From: an uncultured bacterium
GTDB taxonomy: Bacteria; Patescibacteriota; Minisyncoccia; Phycocordibacterales; PALSA-1337
Assembly: GCA_903837075.1 (NCBI GenBank)
Contig: CAILTI010000025.1
Location: forward strand, 1-61,138
Direction: 5' to 3'
DNA: 61,138 nt
Shown here: positions 8,971-17,474 of the stretch, piece by piece
Position numbering within the stretch: the first letter of the stretch is position 1
Layout of the letters: each line of letters starts with the position of its first letter
Position numbers and translations under genes: made by a program
Notes under the pieces: generated by a model
Seen by the model: the letters and a program-made list of their open reading frames with translations, nothing else
The model's database searches: none
What the model was told of the DNA's origin: nothing

Positions 8971-11310
8971 ATGGCAAAGAAAAAAGATACCGACCTCGGC
9001 AAGAAAATCAGATTCTGGGATGAGATGAGTACTGGCACCGTGCAGGCCATCTCTGCCATTCTCTCGTTCCTAGTAGCTACGATCGCCCTGTTGGCCGCCT
9101 TTGGAAAGGCGGGAGTAGTCGGTGATTATGCATTCATATTTCTCTCTAGAATGTTCGGTATCGGCTACTACTTGATACCTCTAGTTTTCGCCATGCTCGG
9201 CATAACTTTCCTACAAGGCCTCAAAAGTAAGTTCCAAATATCCAAAGCCCTCGGCGCTCTCCTATTCTTCGTCTCGGGTCTAGGATTGATCCACCTCATC
9301 TATACTGGCGCTGGCGGTGTGATCGGTAAGTTCATCGACTATCCATTCCTCAAACTTATCGACTACTTGGCTACATCGATACTGATGACCGCCGTCCTGA
9401 TCATATCGATCTTCATGACATTCGATCTACATATCACCTGGGAGATGTTGGCATTCTGGCGCAAGAAAGAAACTGAGGAATCGACAGACGTCAAGATCGC
9501 AGCAACAGATGACGAAGACGACATCGATGAGATGGTCGCGGCAGCCAGTGCGAAGAGTGCCGACCAATTGAGTGCACGAGAGATAGAAGCGGCCGCAGCG
9601 AAAGCTAGGATGGAAGCATTGCAGAAAGAAAAGAAGAGTAAAGCCAATACCGGACTCGATCTCGGAGATGACGAAGAAGCGAATTTTGCAGCATTGACAT
9701 CTATGCCGCGCCTCAGACCATTCAATGCTCCTCCTATGTCACTCCTCGAGAAAGATCGTGGTAAACCTGAAACTGGCGACATCAAAGCCAACGCCAATAT
9801 CATCAAACGCACTCTGCAAAACTTTGGTATCACAGTAGAGATGGACGAGATCTCGATCGGTCCATCTGTCACTCGCTATTCATTGAAACCGGCTGAAGGA
9901 GTAAAGTTGTCTAGGATCGTGGGCCTGAACAATGACCTGGCTCTAGCACTAGCAGCACATCCGATACGTATCGAAGCACCGATCCCTGGGAAATCTCTAG
10001 TCGGTATCGAAGTTCCCAATACTGCCAAAACAACCGTCGGACTGGCAACCCTCTTGTCTGCTGCAGAATTCCAGGAATCTGAAAAGCCTCTACTAGTCTC
10101 ACTCGGCAAGGACATCACTGGCAAGGCGCATTTCAGTAACCTTGGCAAAGCACCTCACATGCTGATCGCCGGTGCCACCGGTTCGGGCAAATCCGTCACT
10201 ATTCACGCCCTGATCGCTTCCCTACTCTACCGCAACTCTGCTGATAGTATGAGATTCATCATGATCGACCCCAAACGCGTAGAATTGACCCTATACAACA
10301 AGATTCCTCATTTATTGACTCCTGTTATCACCGACCCAAAGAAAGCTATCCTTGCCTTGAAATGGGCCGCCAAAGAGATGTCCCGCAGGTATGACACGTT
10401 GGAAAAGAATACGATCAGGGACATCGACTCGTATCACAAGAACGTTTTGGCGCCAGCTATTGCAAAATTTCAGAAAAATTCATCTGCGCATCCTTTTGTG
10501 GGGAGTAGTTCCTTCCCTCAAACCCACAAGGGGAATCGGGAAGAAACTCTCCCCCCAGCGGATGCGAATAAGTCCCTGCCAGAAACCATGCCGTACATCG
10601 TCATCATCATCGATGAGTTGGCAGATATCATGCAGAGTTATCCTAGAGAACTAGAGTCCGCTATCGTGAGACTAGCCCAGATGAGTCGCGCTGTCGGTAT
10701 TCACCTCGTTATCTCCACACAGAGACCGAGCGTGAACGTCATCACCGGTCTCATCAAGGCCAACATCCCTACTCGTGTCGCTCTCCAGGTAGCATCACAG
10801 ATCGACTCACGTACCATCCTCGATCAGATGGGTGCTGAAAAATTGCTCGGTGCTGGTGACATGCTCTACCTCGGCGGTGAAATGTCCAAACCTGTTCGTC
10901 TACAATCCGCATACATCTCTGAGTCAGAGGTTAAGAAAGTAGTAAAGTTCATCTGCGACCAATATATAGACGATATTCCTGAAACTATCGATTTCGCAGC
11001 AAAAACTCCTGAAGCAGGTTCAACTTCTGCCTTCGCGGCGATGGATGACGGTGATTCCATAGAAGACGATGACGATATGTACGAACCAGCGAGAGAGGCA
11101 GTCATCACCGCCAACAAGGCCTCTACATCATTCATCCAACGCAAACTCGGTATAGGATATTCTCGTGCAGCGAAACTCATAGACATGTTAGAAGAACGCG
11201 GCGTGATCGGTCCTGCCAATGGTTCCAAGCCTAGGGAGATCATAGGAGTAGGAGGTGCTACTGCTACGATCAGTATTCCGACCGAAGAAAGTGAGCCACC
11301 TATCTTTTAG
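8971..11310 (+). CDS. ftsK: DNA translocase FtsK/SpoIIIE
   Basis: N-terminal TM helices and an acidic linker. Walker A AGATGSGKS, Walker B IIIDELAD, gamma wHTH SFIQRKLGIGYSRAAKLIDMLEERGVIG. Confidence 0.95.
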   Translation: MAKKKDTDLGKKIRFWDEMSTGTVQAISAILSFLVATIALLAAFGKAGVVGDYAFIFLSRMFGIGYYLIPLVFAMLGITFLQGLKSKFQISKALGALLFFVSGLGLIHLIYTGAGGVIGKFIDYPFLKLIDYLATSILMTAVLIISIFMTFDLHITWEMLAFWRKKETEESTDVKIAATDDEDDIDEMVAAASAKSADQLSAREIEAAAAKARMEALQKEKKSKANTGLDLGDDEEANFAALTSMPRLRPFNAPPMSLLEKDRGKPETGDIKANANIIKRTLQNFGITVEMDEISIGPSVTRYSLKPAEGVKLSRIVGLNNDLALALAAHPIRIEAPIPGKSLVGIEVPNTAKTTVGLATLLSAAEFQESEKPLLVSLGKDITGKAHFSNLGKAPHMLIAGATGSGKSVTIHALIASLLYRNSADSMRFIMIDPKRVELTLYNKIPHLLTPVITDPKKAILALKWAAKEMSRRYDTLEKNTIRDIDSYHKNVLAPAIAKFQKNSSAHPFVGSSSFPQTHKGNREETLPPADANKSLPETMPYIVIIIDELADIMQSYPRELESAIVRLAQMSRAVGIHLVISTQRPSVNVITGLIKANIPTRVALQVASQIDSRTILDQMGAEKLLGAGDMLYLGGEMSKPVRLQSAYISESEVKKVVKFICDQYIDDIPETIDFAAKTPEAGSTSAFAAMDDGDSIEDDDDMYEPAREAVITANKASTSFIQRKLGIGYSRAAKLIDMLEERGVIGPANGSKPREIIGVGGATATISIPTEESEPPIF
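10486..10566 (+). repeat. Family A palindromic element, diverged copy, in frame in ftsK
   Basis: GCGCATCC..GGGGAGtagttCCTTCCC..CCCacaaGGGG..GGGAAGAaacTCTCCCC..GGATGCG. Collinear with 16940-17022. Confidence 0.8.
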
Positions 11311-11315
11311 TGATT

Positions 11316-11424
11316 TACGAATGTAAAATGTAAATATTAAAATGGAAAATGACAATGTAAAATCAAAAAAGCTGGCGTACTTGTGATCTCATTTTGCCTT
11401 TTACATTTTCCATTTTACATTTCC
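11316..11424. repeat. Family C AT-rich hairpin element (copy 1), fills the ftsK-downstream spacer
   Basis: Shares AAAATGTAAATAT (11325-11337) and ATTTTCCATTT (11405-11415) with 15625-15741. Internal arms AAAATGGAAAATG / CATTTTCCATTTT. Confidence 0.6.
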
Positions 11425-11425
11425 T

Positions 11426-11815
11426 ATGACCCGCACATCCCTTCAACGACTACTCAAACTCATCGGCGTCGTGCTAGTAGCACTCGCCATTGTCGCCTTT
11501 GCTGTATGGCGATCACTGAGTTATGTCCGTGGACCATTGATCGTCGTTATCGAACCATCGAACGGCTCCATGATCAACGAAAGATCTGTGATGATCAAAG
11601 GTCACATAGAGAGGGCCACCAATCTCCTACTGAATGGCAACAAGACCAATATCGATGAACAAGGTCAATTTTCCGAAGTTGCTATCATCTTCCCCGGCAT
11701 CAATCTGATCACCCTCAAAGCCGAGGATCAGTTTGGTCGCTCCGTCGAAGACAGGCTCACATTGATCGGATCAGTAGGCAATAATATTGCTACTTCAACA
11801 AGTCTTGTCAGATGA
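11426..11815 (+). CDS. Membrane-anchored hypothetical protein with Ig-like ectodomain
   Basis: 129 aa with one N-terminal TM (LIGVVLVALAIVAFAVW). No motif recognised. Confidence 0.5.
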   Translation: MTRTSLQRLLKLIGVVLVALAIVAFAVWRSLSYVRGPLIVVIEPSNGSMINERSVMIKGHIERATNLLLNGNKTNIDEQGQFSEVAIIFPGINLITLKAEDQFGRSVEDRLTLIGSVGNNIATSTSLVR

Positions 11816-11917
11816 TCGGATGTGATAATATACAGCTACCTGCCATTTATCAGAACTAACTGAATTCCCGCTTCCCCTTACTGCCAACAGGTCTGGCGAG
11901 AATGACAATATTATATT

Positions 11918-13081
11918 ATGTCTATACAAAAAAATTCTGCCTCCACCAAGATATCGGACGGCAAAAAAAGCAAGAAAGTAGAAGAGACTACAGAAGAGCA
12001 GACCAGTCAACCTGAGGATACAGAGCCAAAGATCGAGAAATCTGATGATGTCGTCATTAAAAAGGACTCCAAGGTGGTGGCACCGAATTATGGAGCCAAC
12101 AGCAGATCTGCATCTGATGTGAATGACGCACTCAAGACTATCCGTACGAAATTTGGCGAGGATTCCATCATGAAACTCGGTGACAAGCCGAAGGTAAATG
12201 TGAACGCCATCCCGACGGGCTCTCTCGGACTCGACTGGGCACTAGGTATCGGTGGCATGCCACGCGGGCGCATCGTAGAAATATTTGGTCCGGAGTCATC
12301 CGGCAAGACTACCCTAGCATTACACGTCGTTGCCGAAGCCCAGAAGCGCGGCGGGGTTTGTGCTTACATCGACGCAGAACATGCTATGGATCCTGAATAC
12401 GCCAAGAGACTCGGCGTAAAGATAGATGACCTCCTCATTTCCCAACCAGATACAGGCGAACAAGCTCTCGAGATCGTCGACAGTCTGATCCGTACAGGCA
12501 AGATGGACGTTGTCGTTATCGACTCTGTTGCCGCTCTCACACCAAAGGCTGAGATCGAAGGCGACATGGGCGCTCATCACATCGGCACACAGGCCAGACT
12601 GATGTCACAGGCCCTTCGCAAACTGACTGCCATCGTCGCCAAATCCAAAACCATAGTTATATTCATCAATCAGATCCGCATGCAGATCGGTGTAATGTTC
12701 GGCAACCCAGAAACCACTCCCGGAGGAAAAGCTCTCAAATTCTACGCCTCTGTTCGTCTCGACATACGACGTATCGCCCAGATCAAAAAAGGCGAGGAGA
12801 TCATGGGTGGCCGCGTCAGAGTGAAGGTTGTAAAGAACAAAGTCGCAGCACCATTCAAACAAACAGAATTCGACTTGATGTACAACGAAGGTATCTCTCA
12901 GGAAGGCGAGATCATCGCCCTAGGTGAGAAATATGCCATACTACAAAAGTCCGGTTCTTCGTATTCATTCGGCGAGGAAAAGCTGGGCCGCGGCTATGAT
13001 GCTACTAGACAATTCCTAAAGGAAAATACCAAAGTCCGCACAGAGATTCTAAAGCAGATCAGAGAGAAGTTGAAGGAATAA
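11918..13081 (+). CDS. recA: Recombinase RecA with ~60-aa K/E/T-rich N-terminal extension
   Basis: [19 protein letters not shown]..., Walker [10 protein letters not shown], ...[15 protein letters not shown]...FINQIR. Confidence 0.97.
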   Translation: MSIQKNSASTKISDGKKSKKVEETTEEQTSQPEDTEPKIEKSDDVVIKKDSKVVAPNYGANSRSASDVNDALKTIRTKFGEDSIMKLGDKPKVNVNAIPTGSLGLDWALGIGGMPRGRIVEIFGPESSGKTTLALHVVAEAQKRGGVCAYIDAEHAMDPEYAKRLGVKIDDLLISQPDTGEQALEIVDSLIRTGKMDVVVIDSVAALTPKAEIEGDMGAHHIGTQARLMSQALRKLTAIVAKSKTIVIFINQIRMQIGVMFGNPETTPGGKALKFYASVRLDIRRIAQIKKGEEIMGGRVRVKVVKNKVAAPFKQTEFDLMYNEGISQEGEIIALGEKYAILQKSGSSYSFGEEKLGRGYDATRQFLKENTKVRTEILKQIREKLKE

Positions 13082-13221
13082 ACTGTTAAACTCCGCTAGT
13101 TGGCGGATAGACAATTGAACTAGTCCCACCAATCCGTCCAGCAGAATTTCGATCATCCTACCGAGAGCATTAGCATATATATGTATTCGACACGAAGTGT
13201 GATTTGTGCGATGATAATCAC

Positions 13222-14160
13222 ATGATAAATACACCCAATACACACTCCCCCAAGAACTGGGGTATGATAACTGCCTTCGCCGTAGTTGCGGCTATCCTTA
13301 TAAGTGGTGGATATTATGTATATAGTAGACTAACTTCCCTCTCGACGAATATCGCGACCCTGTCGGGTCAGATCAACTCATTAGAAGCGAGAATGTCCTC
13401 GACGACAGCTTCTCTACAGAACAACATCTCACAAACTAGCAATTCTCTGAACAATGCTCTCAATCAGCAAATACAAAGTTCTGCAGCTATAGCGCAACAA
13501 CTCGGCAACTACCAACAGCAAGTCAGCACTGTTTCTACGACGGTTTCCACATTACAAAAACTGAGCAAAACTGACTCCCAGCTCCTAGAAAAATATTCGA
13601 AAGTTTTCTTCTTGAATGAATATTATGCTCCAGCACAACTAGTCGCTGTTCCGAATGATTATTCATATAGCGATACCAAGGTTCTAAAACTCCAGAATGA
13701 GGTTTGGCCGCACCTGAAACAAATGATCGACGATGCCAAAAGTTCCAGTGTAACTATGTATGTTTTCTCCGCCTATCGTTCATTCAATGAACAGAGTGCC
13801 CTGAAGAGTGACTACAAGGTCACCTATGGTTCCGGTACTGCCAACTCATTCTCAGCTGACCAAGGATACTCCGAACATCAGCTAGGTACGACGATCGACA
13901 TGATCGCCCCGGGTTTGGGTGGCATATTGGATAATTTTGGAGATACGAAACAATACACCTGGCTCATCAACAATGCATACCGATATGGCTTCGTGATCTC
14001 GTATCCCAAGAACAATACCTTCTATGTCTATGAACCGTGGCACTGGAGATTCGTCGGGGTCAAGCTCGCTACCGATCTCCACAACCAAGGCAAGAACTTC
14101 TATGACCTAGACCAGAGAACGATAGATACCTATCTGGTGAATTTCTTTGACGCACAGTAG
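13222..14160 (+). CDS. D-alanyl-D-alanine carboxypeptidase family (VanY / peptidase M15B), membrane anchored
   Basis: SEHQLGTTIDM and EPWHWRFVG motifs plus an N-terminal TM. The ORF track starts at a TTG (13204); I prefer the in-frame ATG at 13222. Confidence 0.8.
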   Translation: MINTPNTHSPKNWGMITAFAVVAAILISGGYYVYSRLTSLSTNIATLSGQINSLEARMSSTTASLQNNISQTSNSLNNALNQQIQSSAAIAQQLGNYQQQVSTVSTTVSTLQKLSKTDSQLLEKYSKVFFLNEYYAPAQLVAVPNDYSYSDTKVLKLQNEVWPHLKQMIDDAKSSSVTMYVFSAYRSFNEQSALKSDYKVTYGSGTANSFSADQGYSEHQLGTTIDMIAPGLGGILDNFGDTKQYTWLINNAYRYGFVISYPKNNTFYVYEPWHWRFVGVKLATDLHNQGKNFYDLDQRTIDTYLVNFFDAQ

Positions 14161-14272
14161 ATTTTGCTTTTAGCGTAAAACCGTGTAGAATGCCACGGTG
14201 ATGTTTTAACAGTTATTCAGACCGATTCTCTACCAAAATATGAATCTTTGAATATATAATTTCCAACTATCT

Positions 14273-14845
14273 ATGTCCCTACTCGAATACAACGAAATAA
14301 CCGAGAAAAAATACATCGTCCTAGACGGTGCACCCTACGAAGTCATCTCATCGCACGTTTTCCGCAAACAACAGAGGAAACCTGTGAACGCCACGAAGCT
14401 CAAAAACCTCATGTCTGGCAAGGTTACGGAGTATTCATTTCATCAGTCCGAAAAGATCGAACAAGCCGAGATCGACGAGCGTGAGGTCAAATATCTCTAC
14501 AACAATCGTGGCGAATGGTGGTTCGCGGAAGCCACAGACTCATCAAAGAGATTCAAGGTCACCGAGGAACAAGTCGGCCCACAAGGCAAATTCTTGAAGC
14601 CGAACACCGAAGTAACCCAGCTTTTGTTCCAGGAGCAACCAATGGGATTCAAGATGCCGATCACTGCCGAGCTCCGTGTCGTTGAGGCGCCACCGAATAT
14701 CAAGGGCGACTCGGCTGCTGGTGGCAACAAAGTGATCAAACTCGAAACTGGCGCAACGATCAACGCCCCCCTATTCGTGAATGAGGGAGATGTCATACGT
14801 ATAAATACTGAAACTGGTGAATATCGTGAGAGAGTGAACAAATAG
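14273..14845 (+). CDS. efp: Elongation factor P
   Basis: 190 aa. KYIVLDGAPYEVISSHVFRKQQRKPVNATKLKNLMSGKV is typical of the EF-P N-terminal KOW-like domain. Confidence 0.93.
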   Translation: MSLLEYNEITEKKYIVLDGAPYEVISSHVFRKQQRKPVNATKLKNLMSGKVTEYSFHQSEKIEQAEIDEREVKYLYNNRGEWWFAEATDSSKRFKVTEEQVGPQGKFLKPNTEVTQLLFQEQPMGFKMPITAELRVVEAPPNIKGDSAAGGNKVIKLETGATINAPLFVNEGDVIRINTETGEYRERVNK

Positions 14846-14846
14846 C

Positions 14847-14896
14847 AAAAAAGAGGACAAGGGACGATCTGATGCGTTTCCCGAGTCCTCTTTTTT
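14847..14896. terminator. Bidirectional intrinsic terminator between convergent efp and rpsR
   Basis: AAAAAAGAGGAC ... GTCCTCTTTTTT: 12-nt arms with an A-tract and a T-tract on either side. Confidence 0.7.
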
Positions 14897-14901
14897 GATA
14901 C

Positions 14902-15105
14902 CTAGCTAGCGACGTAAGGTAATAGGCCCATGAACCTAGCACGCTTCACTGCAACAGCGAGTTGGCGTTGGTATTTGGCTCCGATGCCACTGCGCTTCCT
15001 ACCCAAGATACGTCCGTGAGGATTCAAAAACTTACGGAGAATCTCTGTGTCCTTGTAATCGATAAATTTTATATTGTGTTGGCTAAAGTAACATTGCTTT
15101 TTCAT
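14902..15105 (-). CDS. rpsR: 30S ribosomal protein bS18
   Basis: IDYKDTEILRKFLNPHGRILGRKRSGIGAKYQRQLAVAVKRARFMGLLPY. Confidence 0.95.
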   Translation of the reverse strand: MKKQCYFSQHNIKFIDYKDTEILRKFLNPHGRILGRKRSGIGAKYQRQLAVAVKRARFMGLLPYVAS

Positions 15106-15131
15106 ATTTGTAATTTTATTAGTTTAATTGT

Positions 15132-15617
15132 TTAGAATGGTATATCGTCTGGATTGATCTCTTCTTGTGGATAATCGATCTTGTCCTTTTCTGCTGGTGG
15201 TTGATTTGTATCACCTTCTTTTCCGGCGTCTGTCGCCTTACTAGAAGTGTTCACCGCGCTCGATGGTGCTCCGCTAGGACCACTACCGCCAGCCTTGAAT
15301 CCGAACTGGATATTGTCTGCGATGATCTCTGTACGATACCTCTTCTCTCCGGCCGCTGTATCCCATGACCTCGTCTGCAATCTACCCTCGATCAGTGCCT
15401 GCTGGCCCTTCTTCAGATATTGACCAGCCAATTCTCCGAGTTTGGAGAAAGCGACAATATTGTGAAACTCGCTCGTCTCTTTGCGCTCACCGTCTTTGTC
15501 TTTGTATGTGCGACTGGTAGCAACTGAAAAGTTGCAAACTTTGACGCCTGACGGCAAGGCCTTGACCTCAGGATCTCTGGTCAGGTTTCCTATGATATAT
15601 GCTTTGTTTAGGTACAT
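15132..15617 (-). CDS. ssb: Single-stranded DNA-binding protein
   Basis: OB fold NKAYIIGNLTRDPEVKALPSGVKVCNFSVA..., acidic tail ending DDIPF. Confidence 0.95.
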   Translation of the reverse strand: MYLNKAYIIGNLTRDPEVKALPSGVKVCNFSVATSRTYKDKDGERKETSEFHNIVAFSKLGELAGQYLKKGQQALIEGRLQTRSWDTAAGEKRYRTEIIADNIQFGFKAGGSGPSGAPSSAVNTSSKATDAGKEGDTNQPPAEKDKIDYPQEEINPDDIPF

Positions 15618-15624
15618 GATAGTT

Positions 15625-15741
15625 AATGAAAAATGTAAATATCAAAATTCAAAATAATAACACTCAAACTGTGTACAGTTTACAATGGATCATTTGCAAT
15701 TTTGAATTGTAATTTTCCATTTGGATTTTTAATTTTTAAAT
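15625..15741. repeat. Family C AT-rich hairpin element (copy 2), fills the rpsF-ssb spacer
   Basis: AAAATGTAAATAT at 15630-15642 and ATTTTCCATTT at 15712-15722. 10-bp stem AATTCAAAAT (15646-15655) / ATTTTGAATT (15699-15708). Confidence 0.6.
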
Positions 15742-15747
15742 TACTAT

Positions 15748-16263
15748 CTACTTCACTTCCTTAACCATATCATCGATACTCTTGTCCATATCTTCGATAG
15801 ATATTGGAGCGATGTCCTTCTTGTCATCTATGATAGGACCAACACCTAAACCTGGTTCAATCGCCTTTTTCGGCATGATAGTTGCGGCGATCTGGGAAGC
15901 TCTCTTTCCTAGGTATGTATTCTCCTTGGTAGTAGAGATCAAGATCATGCGCAAAACTGTTGGCACGAGTTCTACGGTCTTCTTTATAGACTCAACCACA
16001 CTCGAACTGACCTCGAACTTGATCCAACCAAAATAGGCTTTGTCATATTTCTCATATGACCCAGACACTGTCTTTACCCTCATGGTATAGGCTAGTTGTT
16101 CTAGGTGTGGTGCTTCGTCTGCTAGGACTGATGCACCGGCCTTGGTAATAATACTCTTCACCTTCTCTTCCTCCTCGGAGACTTTCTCCGGAGTGACAGA
16201 CCCGGCGATCAGGTATCCTATCTCATAGACCGATATGCGGTCATCAATATTGTTTTCGTTCAT
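15748..16263 (-). CDS. rpsF: 30S ribosomal protein bS6 with long C-terminal extension
   Basis: YEIGYLIA...LEQLAYTM...AYFGWIKFE...VLRMILI follows the S6 pattern. The rpsF-ssb-rpsR order is conserved. Confidence 0.85.
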   Translation of the reverse strand: MNENNIDDRISVYEIGYLIAGSVTPEKVSEEEEKVKSIITKAGASVLADEAPHLEQLAYTMRVKTVSGSYEKYDKAYFGWIKFEVSSSVVESIKKTVELVPTVLRMILISTTKENTYLGKRASQIAATIMPKKAIEPGLGVGPIIDDKKDIAPISIEDMDKSIDDMVKEVK

Positions 16264-16550
16264 ATATTGGTTTGCGAACAGTGACCCTTCAACTGGGATC
16301 CTCTCTGCTTTCGGCTTCGAGGAACTGGTCGCGATTACTTATAATGTAATACGAGACTACCACAGGTTTCGCTCCTCTGCAAGGGCGTTATTTCCCTCCT
16401 CGAGGATGGGAAATAGACGTGTATGGAAGAGGTAATAGAACGATATCACAGTGAAGATAAAATCCTGATAAATTTTTGATGAAGATCTGATAAAGAAATG
16501 ATCAAGAACCGACGGTAGGCCTAGTCGTAAACCACCCATATATCATCTAT

Positions 16551-17474
16551 CTATTTCTGTAGTTCAAAGAAATTTCGTGCGTTGGCAAGGACTCGTTCGG
16601 CGACTTTATCAGCACTTTCACCACGAATCTCGGCTATCTTTTTTACAACTTCGATAACATAGGATGGTTCGTTCCTCTTGCCTCGATATGGTATCGGTGC
16701 CACAAATGGGCAATCAGTCTCTGTCATTATCTTGTCGGCTGGTGCCGATCGGATAAGTTCGTCGTAATTCCGTGCAAAAGTGACCACGCCAGTAAATGAA
16801 ATGCTGCAGCCCATCGACAACGCCTCATTCATGTCCTCCATCGTACCCGCAAAGAAATGAAAATTTGCAGGAACTTTCGCATACGTGCGCAATATTTGGA
16901 TAGCTTCCTGATAGGCATTACCGCCCGCTTCTGTCAGTGGCGCACCCTTTTGGGAGGAGTAGCTTCCTCCCTCAAACCCATAAAGGGAATCGGGAGGAAC
17001 CTCTCCTCCCAAGCGGGTGCGCGTATTTATAGAAACTTTCGAATTTACAGTAGCATTCCTCACATGCAACATGAGAGGTTTCCTGACAATATTTGCCAAT
17101 TCGATATGTTGGATGAAAACTACTCTTTGATGCGCCATATTCGCCGGTTCGGAATGAAAATAGTCTAGTCCACATTCACCTATAGCGACAACTTTTGGAT
17201 GCCGCGCCAACTCCGTGAATGCAGCAATGTCGAATGAACTATCTTTGGGTGGACCATCACCCCTCGATCCGGCTGCTTCCGTAGGATGCATACCTATGAT
17301 GGCCCACATGTCATCGTGTTTCTCTGCCAACACGACGCACGCCCTTGAGGACACGAGATCTGTCCCCACCGTGATGATGCCGACACCGGCATCATGTGCG
17401 CGCTTTATAACTTCTTCCCTATCTGCGTCATATTCAGGAAAATTGACGTGACCATGTATGTCTATGTAGTTCAT
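16551..17474 (-). CDS. tatD: TatD-family metal-dependent hydrolase, carrying a family A insert
   Basis: IDIHGHVNF, GECGLDY, LMLHVRNA, ETDCPF motifs. Confidence 0.9.
   Translation of the reverse strand: MNYIDIHGHVNFPEYDADREEVIKRAHDAGVGIITVGTDLVSSRACVVLAEKHDDMWAIIGMHPTEAAGSRGDGPPKDSSFDIAAFTELARHPKVVAIGECGLDYFHSEPANMAHQRVVFIQHIELANIVRKPLMLHVRNATVNSKVSINTRTRLGGEVPPDSLYGFEGGSYSSQKGAPLTEAGGNAYQEAIQILRTYAKVPANFHFFAGTMEDMNEALSMGCSISFTGVVTFARNYDELIRSAPADKIMTETDCPFVAPIPYRGKRNEPSYVIEVVKKIAEIRGESADKVAERVLANARNFFELQK
16940..17022 (+). repeat. Family A palindromic element, best copy (83 nt), in frame in tatD
   Basis: GCGCACCC tttt GGGAGGAgtagctTCCTCCC tcaaa CCCataaaGGG aatc GGGAGGAacctcTCCTCCC aagc GGGTGCGC. 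Confidence 0.9.

Noticed and set aside
9363-9872. Long antisense ORFs inside ftsK, recA, metG (17394..17951), ileS, argS, thyA (40829..41227), the secreted repeat protein (53139..53585) and others
   Set aside because: Each lies opposite a CDS with strong family motifs and has low-complexity composition and no motif of its own. These are typical shadow ORFs.
16940-17022. Family A as a tRNA-like gene (closing stem plus three arms, 81-83 nt)
   Set aside because: The cloverleaf resemblance is only topological. There is no GTTCRANNC T-loop, no D-loop GG and no 7-nt anticodon loop. Arm lengths are 7/3/7 bp, and all copies lie inside CDSs.
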